This document shows, in pieces, positions 12,076 through 24,481 of a stretch of 64,000 bases of DNA. How positions within the stretch are numbered: position 1 is the first letter of the stretch; every line of letters starts with the position of its first letter. Origin of the DNA: an uncultured Nitrososphaeraceae archaeon (GTDB lineage: Archaea; Thermoproteota; Nitrososphaeria; Nitrososphaerales; Nitrososphaeraceae); assembly GCA_963825865.1 (NCBI GenBank), contig CAWGVG010000029.1, positions 64,001 through 128,000 on the forward strand, written 5' to 3'. A program made the translations under genes and the position numbers. The notes below the pieces were generated by a model, which saw nothing but the letters and a program-made list of their open reading frames with translations, had not been told where the DNA came from and made no database searches.

Positions 12076-12913
12076 ATGCAAAAGGTTTCTCTTATTGCAT
12101 TGGTACAGATGAAAGCATCGGAAAACAAAATTGAAAATCTGAAACTATCAGTTGATTTCATCAAAGAAGCCGCAAAAAAGAAAGCAAGCTTAATATGCTT
12201 TCCAGAATTTCAAATGGCGTTTTCACCCATTAACCAGTCTGCAAAACAGCTGGCAGAACTCGCTGAGTCAGTAAACGATGGCAATTTCATCTCTATGCTC
12301 TGTACAGCAGACTAAACGAAATAAAATTAGCGTTGTGGCAACAATTTATGAAAGAAGTAGCAATCAATCTGACAATCGTGTATATGATACCGCAGTTATT
12401 ATAAATAGCAAAGGCTCGATATATTCAGTTTACCGCAAATTACATCTATATGATGCTCTTGGCTTCAGGGAGTCTGATAAGATGATAGCTGGTAATATAA
12501 TTGAAAAGCCCGCAAAGACGCCGGCCGGAAGCGTCGGCCTGATGATCTGTTATGATATACGTTTTCCTGAAATGTCTAGAATTTTGACTGTGAATGGTGC
12601 AGAAATTTTAATCGCACCTTCAGCATGGGTTCATGGAGTTATGAAGGAAGAACACTGGCAAACAATGCTCAAAGCAAGGGCAATTGAAAATGGGTCATAT
12701 GTAGTTGCGCCGAATCAGATTGGTCATATCTACTCAGGAAGAAGCATGGTTGTAGATCCATTTGGTGCAATTCTGTTAGATATGGGAAATAGAGAAGGAG
12801 TAGATGTAGTTGAAATTGATAAGTCTAGAGTCCAAAAGGTTAGAGAGTCACTTCCACTTCTAAAAAATCGTCGAACTGATGTATATGTAGATAACATCAA
12901 TGCATTTAGTTAG
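12076..12913 (+). CDS. carbon-nitrogen hydrolase (nitrilase/Nit1-like), frameshifted
   Basis: FPE, YRKLHLYD and ICYDIRFPE give the catalytic E-K-C triad; ARAIEN. Confidence 0.88.
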
Positions 12914-13472
12914 TTAAGGTTTCTTCTGTCCCTTTTTGCTAGATATTGAATATTAATGCAGATTTCCACAGGTATTTTGATGGATAGGCAAAATAACACT
13001 GATTATAGGTCATCTACACTAATTACATGCCTTTTTTTCAAACTCTGAAAATGATCAAGATCTAAAACATGTTTTCTAATTTCAAACTCTGTCTACTATA
13101 AAGGAAAGGAAGAAAGTAGAAATTAACATGTAAACGTTGTAATGTCAAAGCAAGGCAATTAAGCAGAGATTAACCTTCTTCGGCTTTTTTACACATTGTT
13201 AATAAACAAGTAATCTTATTTTATCTGAAAAAAGAACTGGAGACTGACAAAAGAGAAAAACGATTGTCATTGGTCAGAATCTTTGTGGAAGGTAACGGCC
13301 TACCATGTAAATGGAAATGATGCGTTGTCACTATTAGATAGCTAATCTACTGCTTGTTAGCATAGCCTTTAGCGATAAGGATAAACGACAGGCTACCGAT
13401 CCTATTTTTCGTTTAAGCAAACGACTTAAAATAGTCAAGCGTGGTCTTTTTTGTAAGCCTTATCAAAAACTG

Positions 13473-14438
13473 GGCTCAGTAGAAATCATCAACAATAAGA
13501 AAAGATTAGTCACCCTATGCATGTTGTAGGCTATGCATCTAAATGATAAATTCCCGATTCTGTGTTTTAACTAACCTTGAAGTAACATGTTCACCAAATA
13601 GTCTCTTTATAACAGATATTATGGTTTCATCCTTGTTGTTACGTTGATTGTACAATGGTTTGGAATAACCTCGTTTCATCTGTTTCCTGTACCTGCCATG
13701 CGTCCTCCATACCGGAACGTGTGGATATCTTGCAGGAATGATGCTATATGCTTTCAGACCTTCTCTTACTAATACATGATTCTTTTTACTGTCATAGCCC
13801 TTGTCACATATACTGCTATTGACAATGGCCTAATTTCCGATGTTCTTGTTATGATTGGTTGAAAATCTATGTTGTCGTGCCTTTTAGGAGCTCTCCTTAT
13901 CTTGATGGTGCAGATAATCTGTTTTAACATATCATCATCTCCAACAGACAATTTTATTATCCATTTCTTTCTCAATCTACTTCTTTCAGTGTAATACTGT
14001 GATGCATGGCTTGGCTTGAATCCAGATGAGTCTATTCCAAAGAATATCTGTTTGATAGTTGTAAGGAGAATGAAAGAAGAAATTATCCTTTCCAGAATGG
14101 TACCTGTGATTCTATCTGTAAATTTCTGTAATGTTGTGAAATGAGGTATTCTGGATAGATTGAGGAACATCCTGAGATAATAAGCTTCTACCAACCATTC
14201 TGTAAACATACGATAACTCTTACCCTCATACTGTCTGATAGTAAGCAGAACAAGATGCTGCCAGACTGTGAAAATGTGATTGCTCTTCCTATGAAGGAAT
14301 AGTGGCATCCTGGCATTCTTCAGGATAGATAACATAGTATGTGCTAGTTTGACATATCTTGATTCTTTCACCACATGTATGATATGGCAATGTTACATAG
14401 CTTTTGGCTTATCAAGAATAGATGGTTTCGACAGAGCC
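13473..14438 (-). mobile_element. IS5-family insertion sequence; transposase ~13510..14374, frameshifted
   Basis: TIRs GGCTCAGTAGAAATCATC / GGCTCTGTCGAAACCATC (rc); 9-bp TSD CAAAAACTG at 13464-13472 and 14439-14447; IPHFTTLQKF and GIDSSGF motifs. Confidence 0.9.
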
Positions 14439-14538
14439 CAAAAACTGTATTAATTTAAATATGATAAATAACTAACTGTGATTATTCTATGCATCCCATG
14501 TCTAAACTTTTTATAATACAAAAAGCATTTTTCATCAA

Positions 14539-15702
14539 ATGACAAATAAGGTCTGTGTCCTCGGTGCAGGTAGGTACTAAATATGGCAAATTAAACGAAA
14601 GTGTTATTGAAATTGCATTAAACGCATCAAAGGATGCCATTGATTCCGCGGGAATCACACCTAGGGATATTCAAGCCGGATACATCTCAAATGTCTTTGG
14701 GGTTACTGACAAGCAAGTTCATATAGCCCCTGTTATCATGAGCAACCTAGGAATTCCATATGTTCCGGGACTCACTATTGAATCTGCATGTGGCTCGGGT
14801 TCAGTAATGTTCAGAGAAGCATATGCCAATATAGCGAGCGGGATTTTATGATTGTGTTTTGGGAGTGGGTGTTGAGAAAATAACCCATACAGGAACTGTC
14901 CAAAGCACTACCTTATTCTCCTACTGTTCTGATTTCTTTTATGAAGGAGGAAATGGTGCATCTTTTCCAGGGCTTTTTGCATCAATAGCTAGGGCTTACA
15001 TGGATACATACAAATCTAATGAAGAAGATCTTGCTCATGTTGCCGTAAAGAACCATGAAAATGGAATTCTTAATCCAAAGGCTCATGTTCGAAAGAGGAT
15101 CACAATTGAAGACGTGTTAAAATCGCCAGTCGTGGCTTCGCCTTTGAAACTCTATGACTGCTGTCCATTTTCAGATGGAGCATCCGCAGTCATACTTTGT
15201 AATGAAGAATTCGCCAAGAAGAGTGGAAGACCTTATATGGAAATTATTGGTTCAGGCAGAGGAGCTTCACCGGCTGCAGTTCAGGCACGTGAAGACATTA
15301 CTACTATCCCAAGTACCAGTAGCAGCCGCCAAGCAAGCATACAAAATGGCTAAAATTACTTCAAAAGATATAGATTTTGCTGAAGTTCACGACTGCTTTA
15401 CAATCGCAGAGATAATTGATATTGAAGATCTCGGTTTCTTTCCGAAAGGAACTGCTGCCCAGGCAGTCCGGGAAGGAGCAACTCGCAGAAATGGTGAGAT
15501 TCCCATTAATCCTTCTGGTGGCTTAAAATCAAAGGGCCATCCAATTGGGGCAACGGGCATAGGTCAGGTCGTAGAAGTTTTCGAACAATTCACTGGCAAA
15601 GCTGGAGAAAGAAAGGTTAAAGATGCTGAAATTGCTCTGACACATAACTTTGGAGCCACTGGCGCAAGCGCGGCAGTTCATATCTTTAGGAAGGTGGAAT
15701 AG
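14539..15702 (+). CDS. archaeal thiolase (acetyl-CoA C-acetyltransferase), frameshifted
   Basis: [47 protein letters not shown]. Confidence 0.9.
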
Positions 15703-15707
15703 AAGAA

Positions 15708-16103
15708 TTGTCAGAGACAAAACAGCAGCAGGATTTGGGCCCACGTGAGAAGTTTATCCTATCTGCCAATAAAGGAAAGATACTCGCCAATAAATGTTTA
15801 AAGTGTGGCCATGCTATGCTTGAGACAATATATTTTTGTGATAAATGCTTCGGCAGCAAATTTGAACCTGTTGAATTTGAAGGCATTGGCAAAATTGTAA
15901 CTTACACAATCCAAGCTGTAGCACCGGAAGGATTTGAAGATACTGAGTCATATGCATGGGCTGTTTTTAAAGTAGACACTGCTCCATTTAGAGCATCAGG
16001 ATTTCTTTCTGGTGTTAAATCACCTAAGGATCTACCCATTGGGGCAAAAGTCAAGGTAGCTGGTTTCGATCCAAAACATGGTCTGTTATTACAAAAACTG
16101 TAA
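15708..16103 (+). CDS. DUF35 Zn-ribbon/OB-fold thiolase partner
   Basis: CLKCG...CDKC, GKIVTYTI; lies directly downstream of the thiolase. Confidence 0.85.
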   Translation: MSETKQQQDLGPREKFILSANKGKILANKCLKCGHAMLETIYFCDKCFGSKFEPVEFEGIGKIVTYTIQAVAPEGFEDTESYAWAVFKVDTAPFRASGFLSGVKSPKDLPIGAKVKVAGFDPKHGLLLQKL

Positions 16104-16189
16104 TTTAATATTTGCTTTGTAGCAGTTGCACATTTTGTAATACAACATTAAAAGCACTTTTATTATTCTATATTTTTATTATATTCCTG

Positions 16190-16360
16190 ATGTCCCTGTC
16201 ATCGGTAGACGTGGTTTGCAAGAAATGCGGATCAATAATCTATACGATGCGTACACTAAAGTCTATTAGAGATGTTTTACGTCCCTCTAATGGTAGATGT
16301 ATCGTTTGTGGTTCGATATTGAATCCCGGAGATTTTACAGTTTCGGTAAAAAGACGATAG
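16190..16360 (+). CDS. small Zn-finger protein
   Basis: 56 aa with CKKCG...CIVCG. Confidence 0.55.
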   Translation: MSLSSVDVVCKKCGSIIYTMRTLKSIRDVLRPSNGRCIVCGSILNPGDFTVSVKRR

Positions 16361-16904
16361 TCTGAAAGTAAGTAAATTCCAAATCAATCAGTTACCATTA
16401 TCATTTTTCTACTTTAATTATATTCGAATGCAAAGTATGAATTACCATTACTCATAGGCTGAGAAATGTAGTGTCCTCGAGGCAATAAATCTATGATGGA
16501 AGATTTCTGTATATTTCTATGCAGTACTCCAACTTAGATAATATCTTAGGTAAAGTTGAAACATCATTTCTGTCTGCATTATCTTGATATATATTATTGT
16601 GCTCAAACACCATAACTCCTTTACCCCAAGAGTATATATATGTATATATATCTTGCTTTGATATCTGCATTATTTTCAATTACTGTAATTATAGCAAGTG
16701 CCGTCTCTGCTTAAATTGTAATGTGCTTCTGCTAATTTATAACGTTGAATTATACTTGATAATCTATAACGGAAATTCTGTATAGATCGTGTTTTGTAAT
16801 AACTTCTACTATGAATTTTGTAGCTTAGCTTTATAGTATCCGTTGGTATACAGAGTTTAACATTGCCCTTAACATTTCTTAAATTTAAAAAATCCGTCTA
16901 GAAT

Positions 16905-17526
16905 ATGGATAGGCATCCGCATCAGCAGTTTAAGAGTGATATTGTAAACGCCAGCCTAGTAGTGAATAATCAGCTCACTCGATTAAGGATGCTTGATAAA
17001 AAATTTACTGCAATGGATACTGATTTGCGCCATCAAATGGCTGTTAATATAAAGTCCGGTAACAATGCTCGTGCAAAAGCTTTTGCAAATGAACTATCAA
17101 ACATTCGACGTGTTCAGCGAACTACTCAAAATATGAGCCTTGCACTCGAAGTGGTGGTAATTCGCTTCAGTACCAATTAACGAATTTACAATGATCTTGG
17201 AAACGATCAATCCTACGATTGAAATGATCAAGGATATTCAAAAAGATGTTTCAAAGGCTGTTCCAACGGCTAATGAAGTCTTGTCAGAAATGACGTCAAT
17301 GACATCTGATGTTTTAGTTAATTCTAACATTAGCTCAGACGTAGACAAAATTTCAACTCCTGTGAGTACAGATGCTCTTTCGATATTGAATGAGGTCGAG
17401 GGAATACTTGAAGATGAGGCAAAGGCAAAGCTGCCAGAGGTTCCAACTACTATTCATAGTGTCAAAATGAATCGAGAAACAGAGGAACAAGTAATGGATG
17501 ATAATCGTGTAATGGTTGAAGGTTAA
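16905..17526 (+). CDS. ESCRT-III (CdvB/Snf7-like) protein, frameshifted at ~17178
   Basis: Helical core with ARAKAFANELSNIRR and LALEVVVIRFST; C-terminal EAKAKLPEVP as in archaeal CdvB paralogs. Confidence 0.8.
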
Positions 17527-17631
17527 ACTTGTTAATCTGTTGTTCAACTGCCTGGAGTAGGGCCTATTACACTATTAGTTAAAAATAATATACAAAGTAG
17601 TTTTAATCAGTTGGTCTAAATATGGGGTGCA

Positions 17632-19773
17632 ATGGAACAGTTGAGTCATGATTATTCCTCCCAACCAGAATCTAGGCGAGATGGAGTTTTGGAATCTGCC
17701 TCAAAGCGGGTCAGGATGATTTTTTCTGTTATGGCTAGTCCTAATAGAATTGATATTCTTCGTATTTTAAATTCCAAAGGACCACTTACCTATTCTGAGC
17801 TAAAAGCCCTTGCTGGATTTAAATCTAAAAAAGAATCTGGCAAATTTGCATATCATTTAAGAAAACTTCTCAGGCAGTCGCTTGTTGCTCTTAACAAGGG
17901 AGAGCGCCGTTACACAATTACAAATTTGGGCAAGTTGGTGTTAAGCCTTGCCAGACAGATAGAAGAAAGATCAATAATTGAAAGTGGCAAAATGTATGTT
18001 AGGACAACCAGACATTCAATTGAAGAATTTAACTCACTTAAGATAATTCAATCTCTTGTAAGAGAGGCAAATATGCCACTTGAACAGGCGCATAAAATTA
18101 CTGAAGAAGTTGAAAATAAGATTTACAAATTCCAGACAGCATATCTAACCTCGTCATTGATTAGGGAAACTGTAAATTCTGTTCTAATTGAACACGGACA
18201 TGAAGAATATAGAAACAAGATGGCCAGGTTAGGACTGCCTGCATCTGATGTTGTAGAGATGTTAAATAATATAGATACCGCCAAGAATGGAGTTGACAGT
18301 GTATTGTCAAAAGCTTCTCATTCGATATTTTCAGAATATCTAATAATCAATACACTCCCAAAAGACATTGCAGACATGCACTTGGCTGGTGAGATAAATA
18401 TCTCTAACAGTGGTATGTGGGGTCTGATTCCTGACACTATATTTCTAGACATAGCCGACTTTGCTGAAGATGGCCTTGACCTCAAAGGCAAGTTTTTGAA
18501 TGTCTCTAGGCTACCTACGTTAAATAATTCTGATGACTTTGTAACTATTCTGCCCATACTAATCTCCCTTCTAAGCAGAGAAGCATCGACAGAAATTATA
18601 CTGGAAACAATTATTCCACAGCTGCTAAAACATGAGCAGAAACCAGAGAAAATTGAATCACAATTTACAAGGGCGTTGCTAGCGTCTTCTGTAGCTCCAT
18701 CTTATTCTTTACCAGGTTTCCCGATTACTACAATAAGTCTTCCAGCATATGAATTTGATGCTAAAGTAATCGATGCATTATTAGATGGTTATGGAAAATA
18801 TGTAGATTCCACTCCTGTCCCTAGAATAGGGATATCGTTGAATTATAATAATAATAATGGCAATCTTAAGGATCATTCAGAGCGTATTGCCCCAATAATA
18901 CGTGCTGGCGGCATCATCTCAATTTTACAAAATGGATCAAGGGGAAGCAATGGTACCTGCAAATCTATAGACAGGAAAGGTTTTGGTACTGTTATGACTT
19001 TACAATCATTGTCAATTAATCTTCCAAGACTGGCGTATCAATCGAATAAGGATGAAACCTATTTCCGAGCAAGGCTTGCTCTGATGATAAAGCCGGCACT
19101 AGCCGCAATGTCGATGAGGAAGAAAGGCATTGCAGATCTGATTAGAAAGGGTATGGTTCCGGCACTTGCCAACAGTACCAACTTTATGCAGCTTGTGACG
19201 ACTAACATTTTGATTAACCTCACAGGGGCCAAAGAATCAGTCTATAATATTTTGGGATATGGTGCTAACAACAATGGTATAGAGATTTTACAAAAAGTAT
19301 TGAAGACTGCTGTAGACGTGGCTACAGAACAAGGTAAACACCTTGGAGAAGATTCTGTAGGAATTGCTATGATATGTGATGATAGCGCTGAGAGATTCGC
19401 AAGTCTAGATTCTGATAAATATGGTAAGATCTCTTTATCGTCAACTCAACAAAATACACCTACTTATTCACAAGGACTAATGTTGAATGGCAAAGACTTA
19501 TTGTTATCTGATAATAATTCTAGTTCTGTAATTAAAGAATGTATTTCAATTGACAAATTGTTGAATGGTGGACTATCAGTAATGCTTGATGTGAGCGATC
19601 TTCCTTCTAATATGGAAGTAAAGAACGCAATAGAAGCTGCGTCAGACCTGCAATTTTTTCGCCCTAGCGTCAAACTTATGTTATGTAACACATGTGGTAA
19701 AAGAGCAAGAACACACTCTATTGAAAAGTGCGAATTTTGCAAGTCGCCTTACTTGTCACCAATTCGTTTATAG
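17632..19773 (+). CDS. ArsR-type wHTH + ATP-cone + class III RNR (NrdD)-like domain + Zn ribbon; no glycyl-radical motif
   Basis: SPNRIDILRIL...FAYHLRKL (wHTH); MYVRTTRHSIEEFNSLKIIQSLVREA (ATP cone); IADMHLAGEI and SINLPRLA (NrdD-like); CNTC...CEFC then stop. Confidence 0.85.
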   Translation: MEQLSHDYSSQPESRRDGVLESASKRVRMIFSVMASPNRIDILRILNSKGPLTYSELKALAGFKSKKESGKFAYHLRKLLRQSLVALNKGERRYTITNLGKLVLSLARQIEERSIIESGKMYVRTTRHSIEEFNSLKIIQSLVREANMPLEQAHKITEEVENKIYKFQTAYLTSSLIRETVNSVLIEHGHEEYRNKMARLGLPASDVVEMLNNIDTAKNGVDSVLSKASHSIFSEYLIINTLPKDIADMHLAGEINISNSGMWGLIPDTIFLDIADFAEDGLDLKGKFLNVSRLPTLNNSDDFVTILPILISLLSREASTEIILETIIPQLLKHEQKPEKIESQFTRALLASSVAPSYSLPGFPITTISLPAYEFDAKVIDALLDGYGKYVDSTPVPRIGISLNYNNNNGNLKDHSERIAPIIRAGGIISILQNGSRGSNGTCKSIDRKGFGTVMTLQSLSINLPRLAYQSNKDETYFRARLALMIKPALAAMSMRKKGIADLIRKGMVPALANSTNFMQLVTTNILINLTGAKESVYNILGYGANNNGIEILQKVLKTAVDVATEQGKHLGEDSVGIAMICDDSAERFASLDSDKYGKISLSSTQQNTPTYSQGLMLNGKDLLLSDNNSSSVIKECISIDKLLNGGLSVMLDVSDLPSNMEVKNAIEAASDLQFFRPSVKLMLCNTCGKRARTHSIEKCEFCKSPYLSPIRL

Positions 19774-20393
19774 TTAATAAATAACACCACAGTAGCTAAT
19801 AATTGAATGGCAAAGATTTTGCAATGACCTTAGAGTAGCAGAACTTGTCATAAACCCAGATGTAAAAAAAGATACTAATGGGTTTAAGAAGGATTTTAAA
19901 AGACAGGCCGATCAATTGGCAAGACAGAACTATTCAGAAGAACAACAACCACAACAACAAAAAAACAACAAGCAGATGATGATGATGATGACGACAAGAA
20001 AGCCTTGGCAATAGATATATTCAAACAAAGATGTAATGGAAAAGCAACACAATGATACAACTTCAAATAAAATTAGCTTCCACCAGGCAGATTCTATCAA
20101 GATAACGCACTCCTTATGATGGAAAAATTTGATTAAAGAAGATGTATGATTAAAGAAGAACTAGAATTAAGGTTAAATGAATATACGACTAATATGCTAT
20201 TGTAACGGAACCAATGTTTAAATTTAAAAATTATCTATGCTGGATAATCGATCAATGGCAAAGTCTTTTAGGAGAAGTATGTCTTTTCTACAATTTGAAA
20301 ATAAACATTATTAACAACCGATTGCTCTTTCATGCTCATATCTCCAATGGAACTTCACAAACAATAAACCAGACTGGCAGTAACAATATCGAA

Positions 20394-20640
20394 ATGAAGT
20401 CATGTCCTATTAATAATACATTCAAAATTGTTGGCATAAAATTTACAGTGTTAATTCTAAGAAATATGATAAACGGCAAACAGAATAGCTTTAACCCGTT
20501 ATTAAACCTCCCTTGAAGAAGGTAACCCAAAAACTCTATCTATGAGACTTAGAGAAATGGAAAATTTAGGATTAATAAAACGTAAGGTCTACTCCCATGA
20601 AACACCTATAAGAATAGAATATTATCAGACAGAAAAGACT
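20394..20640 (+). pseudogene. HxlR-family wHTH regulator, disrupted
   Basis: CPINNTFKIVGIKFTVLILRNM, then after a shift NPKTLSMRLREMENLGLIKRKVYSHETPIRIEY. Confidence 0.7.
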
Positions 20641-20982
20641 ATTTCACAACATGTTACAAAAGTAGGTGTAGTGACTATTATCTATAGAGATACCTAAATA
20701 AAATCCTCACTACTAAAACTGTTAAAGAATTTTAATAGACTGAGAATGGAACGAAGCGGTAATTTGACCGATAACCAATAATATTTGTATTTGCAAACAA
20801 TATGGTAATAGAATGGATATCTAATTATCGTAGAGTCCTATCCTGTTGTTAATAATTTATGCACCTTATCTTTTAGCTTGACCACGATCTCAACTAAGAT
20901 CCTGACACCAGAATGGCGATATATCATCTAACGAATAGTGTGGTATGGTTAATTCAAACTTTTTAAAGTCTTGTGACTACAA

Positions 20983-21447
20983 ATGGGTAGGTTGTCTGAT
21001 ACAAAGGGAAAATTTTCCAGAATATTGGTTGCCATCGATGGCTCAGCTCCATCAATGGATGCAGCAGACTATGCTATAGAAATGGCAAAAAAGAATAATG
21101 CTCAGCTAATTGCGTTAACTGTCTCACGTATTTCGTTATCAGCATATGGTCTTGTACCGTCCCCAGATGCATTAACGCGGGCGAAAGAAAGACATAAACT
21201 TGAAGCTGAGCAATGGTTTAATAAATTTAATCAAAGCGCAAAACAAAAGAATGTTCAATTAAAAACAGAACTCATTGATAGTCAAATGACTATTGAAGCG
21301 GCAATAGTGGAATACGCCGATCGTGAAGGTGTTGATTTGATAATATTAGGTACAAGGGGAAGGTCGGGTTTTAAAAGGCTGCTGGTTGGAAGTGTTGCAT
21401 CAGGGGTAGTAACTTATGCAACATGTCCTGTAATGGTAGTGAAATAA
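20983..21447 (+). CDS. universal stress protein (UspA family)
   Basis: RILVAIDGS; DLIILGTRGRSGFKRLLVGSVA; CPVMVVK. Confidence 0.92.
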   Translation: MGRLSDTKGKFSRILVAIDGSAPSMDAADYAIEMAKKNNAQLIALTVSRISLSAYGLVPSPDALTRAKERHKLEAEQWFNKFNQSAKQKNVQLKTELIDSQMTIEAAIVEYADREGVDLIILGTRGRSGFKRLLVGSVASGVVTYATCPVMVVK

Positions 21448-21650
21448 GTATTATGCAAGCCTCTTCCAATTATGATTACACACACTACCAGTAATCACTC
21501 AATCTCTGTTTATATAATGCAAAGAAAAATATTTTATCCTTCAAACAACATCCAACAGGCAGAAAAGAATGAATATGATGTATGCCTGTCAACTTCACAA
21601 CTGAAAACAAAACAACATTTTATGTAATTGCAAGATAATACTAGATAGTT

Positions 21651-23835
21651 GACGATTGGACATAAATCCAGACTCTATTTTTTGCAAATATATATTGATG
21701 AATTAGGCTAAAGCTATCCTTTGGATGTCTGAATTTGTGATGACATATAATAAAACATCCTCAAAGGACAGCACATGATAGTTCAGAATCCATCCTTATT
21801 GGTATTCTGTATTTGATAGGCTTGATACCATGGCCAGAATCACAAAAGATGAAAAAAAGAGGTAGACCATACGTCTATTCTTCTACTGTCATACTACGAT
21901 GTTTCATAGTCAGATTGTGGTTTAGAATGGATTCTAACAACGCATTACATGAATTCCTAGGAATGGATTACCCTTACAATAAGAAGATAATGAAAAGATG
22001 TGGTCTTACCCAAATACCAGATAGACGAACATTTGACAGACGTCTTAAGACCATATCCATAGACATCAAGGAAAGGATTGCTACTATGACTAGTCTATTA
22101 GTAAATGGGAAGATAATAGACCCTTATATTGTTGCAATAGATGCTTTGTTGCATGATTAATTATCTTGTAAGTGATACTTATTTGACCACTCACCATTTA
22201 GCTTGCTAGTATTAATTATTCTGGTATGGTTGACTGGCCTTGCTATAATGAATCACTAGTTAGGCGTGGTCAAGTACTCTTGGATTTTGATGTACTTGAT
22301 GGATGGGATCATGAATTATGTCAAATGAACCTTGGTAAGGTTGGTGAGCCCTACTGCTACCCAAATTCATTTATTCAGCTTCTAGGTTACATGAGAGCAT
22401 ATTTCCATCTACCATATAGACAAACACAGGGTGTAGTCATAGCTCATGCAAGTAAAGAAGTATCAAACACACCACATTATAGGACCATTAATAGACGTAT
22501 AAACAGGCTAGAGATTAAAATCGATGAAAAATTAGGAAATGATATTGTCATTGCTTTAGACAGCACCGGCATTAAGGTAGTAATCGAGGGGAATGGATGC
22601 ACCACAAATGGCATGTCAGAAAAGGATATCTAAAGATACACATAGCAGTTGATATCGAGAAGAAAAGAATTGTATCTCTGGAGGTAACAAGTGAAGAGGT
22701 ACATGATGGTAAGATGCTAAAGAAGTTAGTAGACAATGCTTCTGAAAATAATAATCTGAAGGGTATATTAGCAGATGGTATGTACGACAGCAATAAGAAT
22801 TTTAGATACCTATCAAAGAACCACATTAAGCCTGGTATAAAGACAAGAAGTAATTCCAAGGTCAAGTCAACTAACTGTCATGCTAGGAATATGTCTGTAG
22901 TAAGACAACAAGCAAACCTCAAAAAATGGAAGCGTAGCGTGAGCTATGGGTACAGGTGGATAGCAGAAACAGCATTCTCTTCCATTAAAAGAACATTTGG
23001 TGAACATGTAACAGCTAGAAAGTTTCCTCACATGGTAAAAGAGATCCTCCTAAAGGGAGCTCTGTATAACATGTTCAATCGAATGACCTAGCTAACGGTT
23101 TGCATAACCTAAAATCCTAATGAATTATGCAACAGAGGAGCAATAGATAGTACATTGCTCAAAGCCAGAGGACATGTTTGGCACAAATCATCTATGGATA
23201 AAGGAATAGTACCACGTTCAGGTATAGATACAGATGCCAGGTGGGGATTCAGTCATACCAGAGGTTGGATATTTGGTTACAAACTACATTTGATATCAAG
23301 ACTGGTTCTACCATAGTACCTTTAGCAGCAGATTTTACAACTGCTAATGTACAGGATAATCAAATGTACAATCCTATGATATCATCATCATCATCATCTC
23401 TGTTCCTAGAAACATGTTTCATGATAGGTGATTCTGGGTATGACGACAATAAACTATATGATTTAGCATAAACAGAGGATTTGAACTGGTATGTCCAGTG
23501 CAAAGGTACAAAAATACCCCAAAGAATAGACTAGAGCTGATACAATTCTATGAATCTGAGTTAGGACAGGCTATTTACTCTTGGAGAAGTAAATCGATAG
23601 AACCACTAATAGAACATATTAAATCTGTTTTTAGAATAGACCCATTACCGGTAAGAGGCTATCAGAAGGCTGCTGGAATAGTACTTCTGTCAGTACTACT
23701 GTATCAGATCCTTGTCTACTACAATTATAAAACCAGACCTAGTCAACGACCAAAAGCAATCAAACACATGTTATGTAGTTAATACATCACTAAATGATAG
23801 ATGAAAAATGTAGAATTGAATTATGCCCATGTCTC
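21651..23835 (+). mobile_element. DDE IS (IS4/IS5/IS982-like), copy A1, interrupted by a nested IS5
   Basis: Ends GACGATTGGACATAA / GAGACATGGGCATAA (rc) shared with the copy at 52227..53407; transposase motifs VAIDST, GYKLH, GDSGYD, IEPLIEHIK. Confidence 0.9.
22142..23139 (+). mobile_element. IS5-family (IS903-like) IS, copy 2, nested in IS A1
   Basis: Near-identical to 2867..3868; 8-bp TSD GCAATAGA at 22134-22141 and 23140-23147, inside the A1 codons for V-A-I-D. Confidence 0.93.
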
Positions 23836-24399
23836 AGCTACCTTCCTTTTTGATTTTCTTCCTCCAGGATTAATTCTTATGGCAATTGTTCCTAAATGAT
23901 TCTCTTCTCCAAAAATATCTTCCATCAACAGCCACAACCGCGGCATTTCATAATCATCTATAGTTACACAAATTATTCCATCTTCACTTAGTAAATTTTT
24001 GGCTAATCCGAGTCTGTGGTTCATAAATGAAAGCCATTTTGTATGTCGGTAAGGATCTTCAGCATCTACATAATTATTGTTGTATTTCCAGTCTTTTGCT
24101 CCTGTGTTATAGGGAGGATCAAGATAAATTACATCGATTTTTCCTTTATGCGTGTAATTCAAAACAGAAAGAGCATGGTAATTATCGCCCTCTATCAAGA
24201 TATTTACAGGCTTTTCCTTGTCTGTCATTATTTCTTTACTTTTAACTTCTTCTAATATTGGCAATTTTGTCTTACACTGTTCAACTACCTCTTCCTGCTT
24301 ATCTTCCCAAACCAATCCAAATTTTTTCCTTTTTTTTAGTTTCTTTATCTCTTGGATAAGGTCATTTTTAGAAAAATCGTCATAATTATTAACGATCAT
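23836..24399 (-). pseudogene. mod: type III R-M methyltransferase (Mod-like), 5' part, cut by IS A1
   Basis: KKFGLVWE, NILIEGDNYHAL, IYLDPPYNTG, HTKWLSFM; ends at GRKSKRKVA at the IS boundary. Confidence 0.85.
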
Positions 24400-24481
24400 T
24401 ATATTTCCACTATGTTGAAAAATTTAGATCGTTCTTAAAAACTTGTCTTAACATTTACAATTTCTCTAGTAATGTGTTTTA

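Noticed and set aside
17632-19773. Calling this gene a functional anaerobic RNR (nrdD)
   Set aside because: No glycyl-radical motif, no activase nearby, and it carries an N-terminal HTH.
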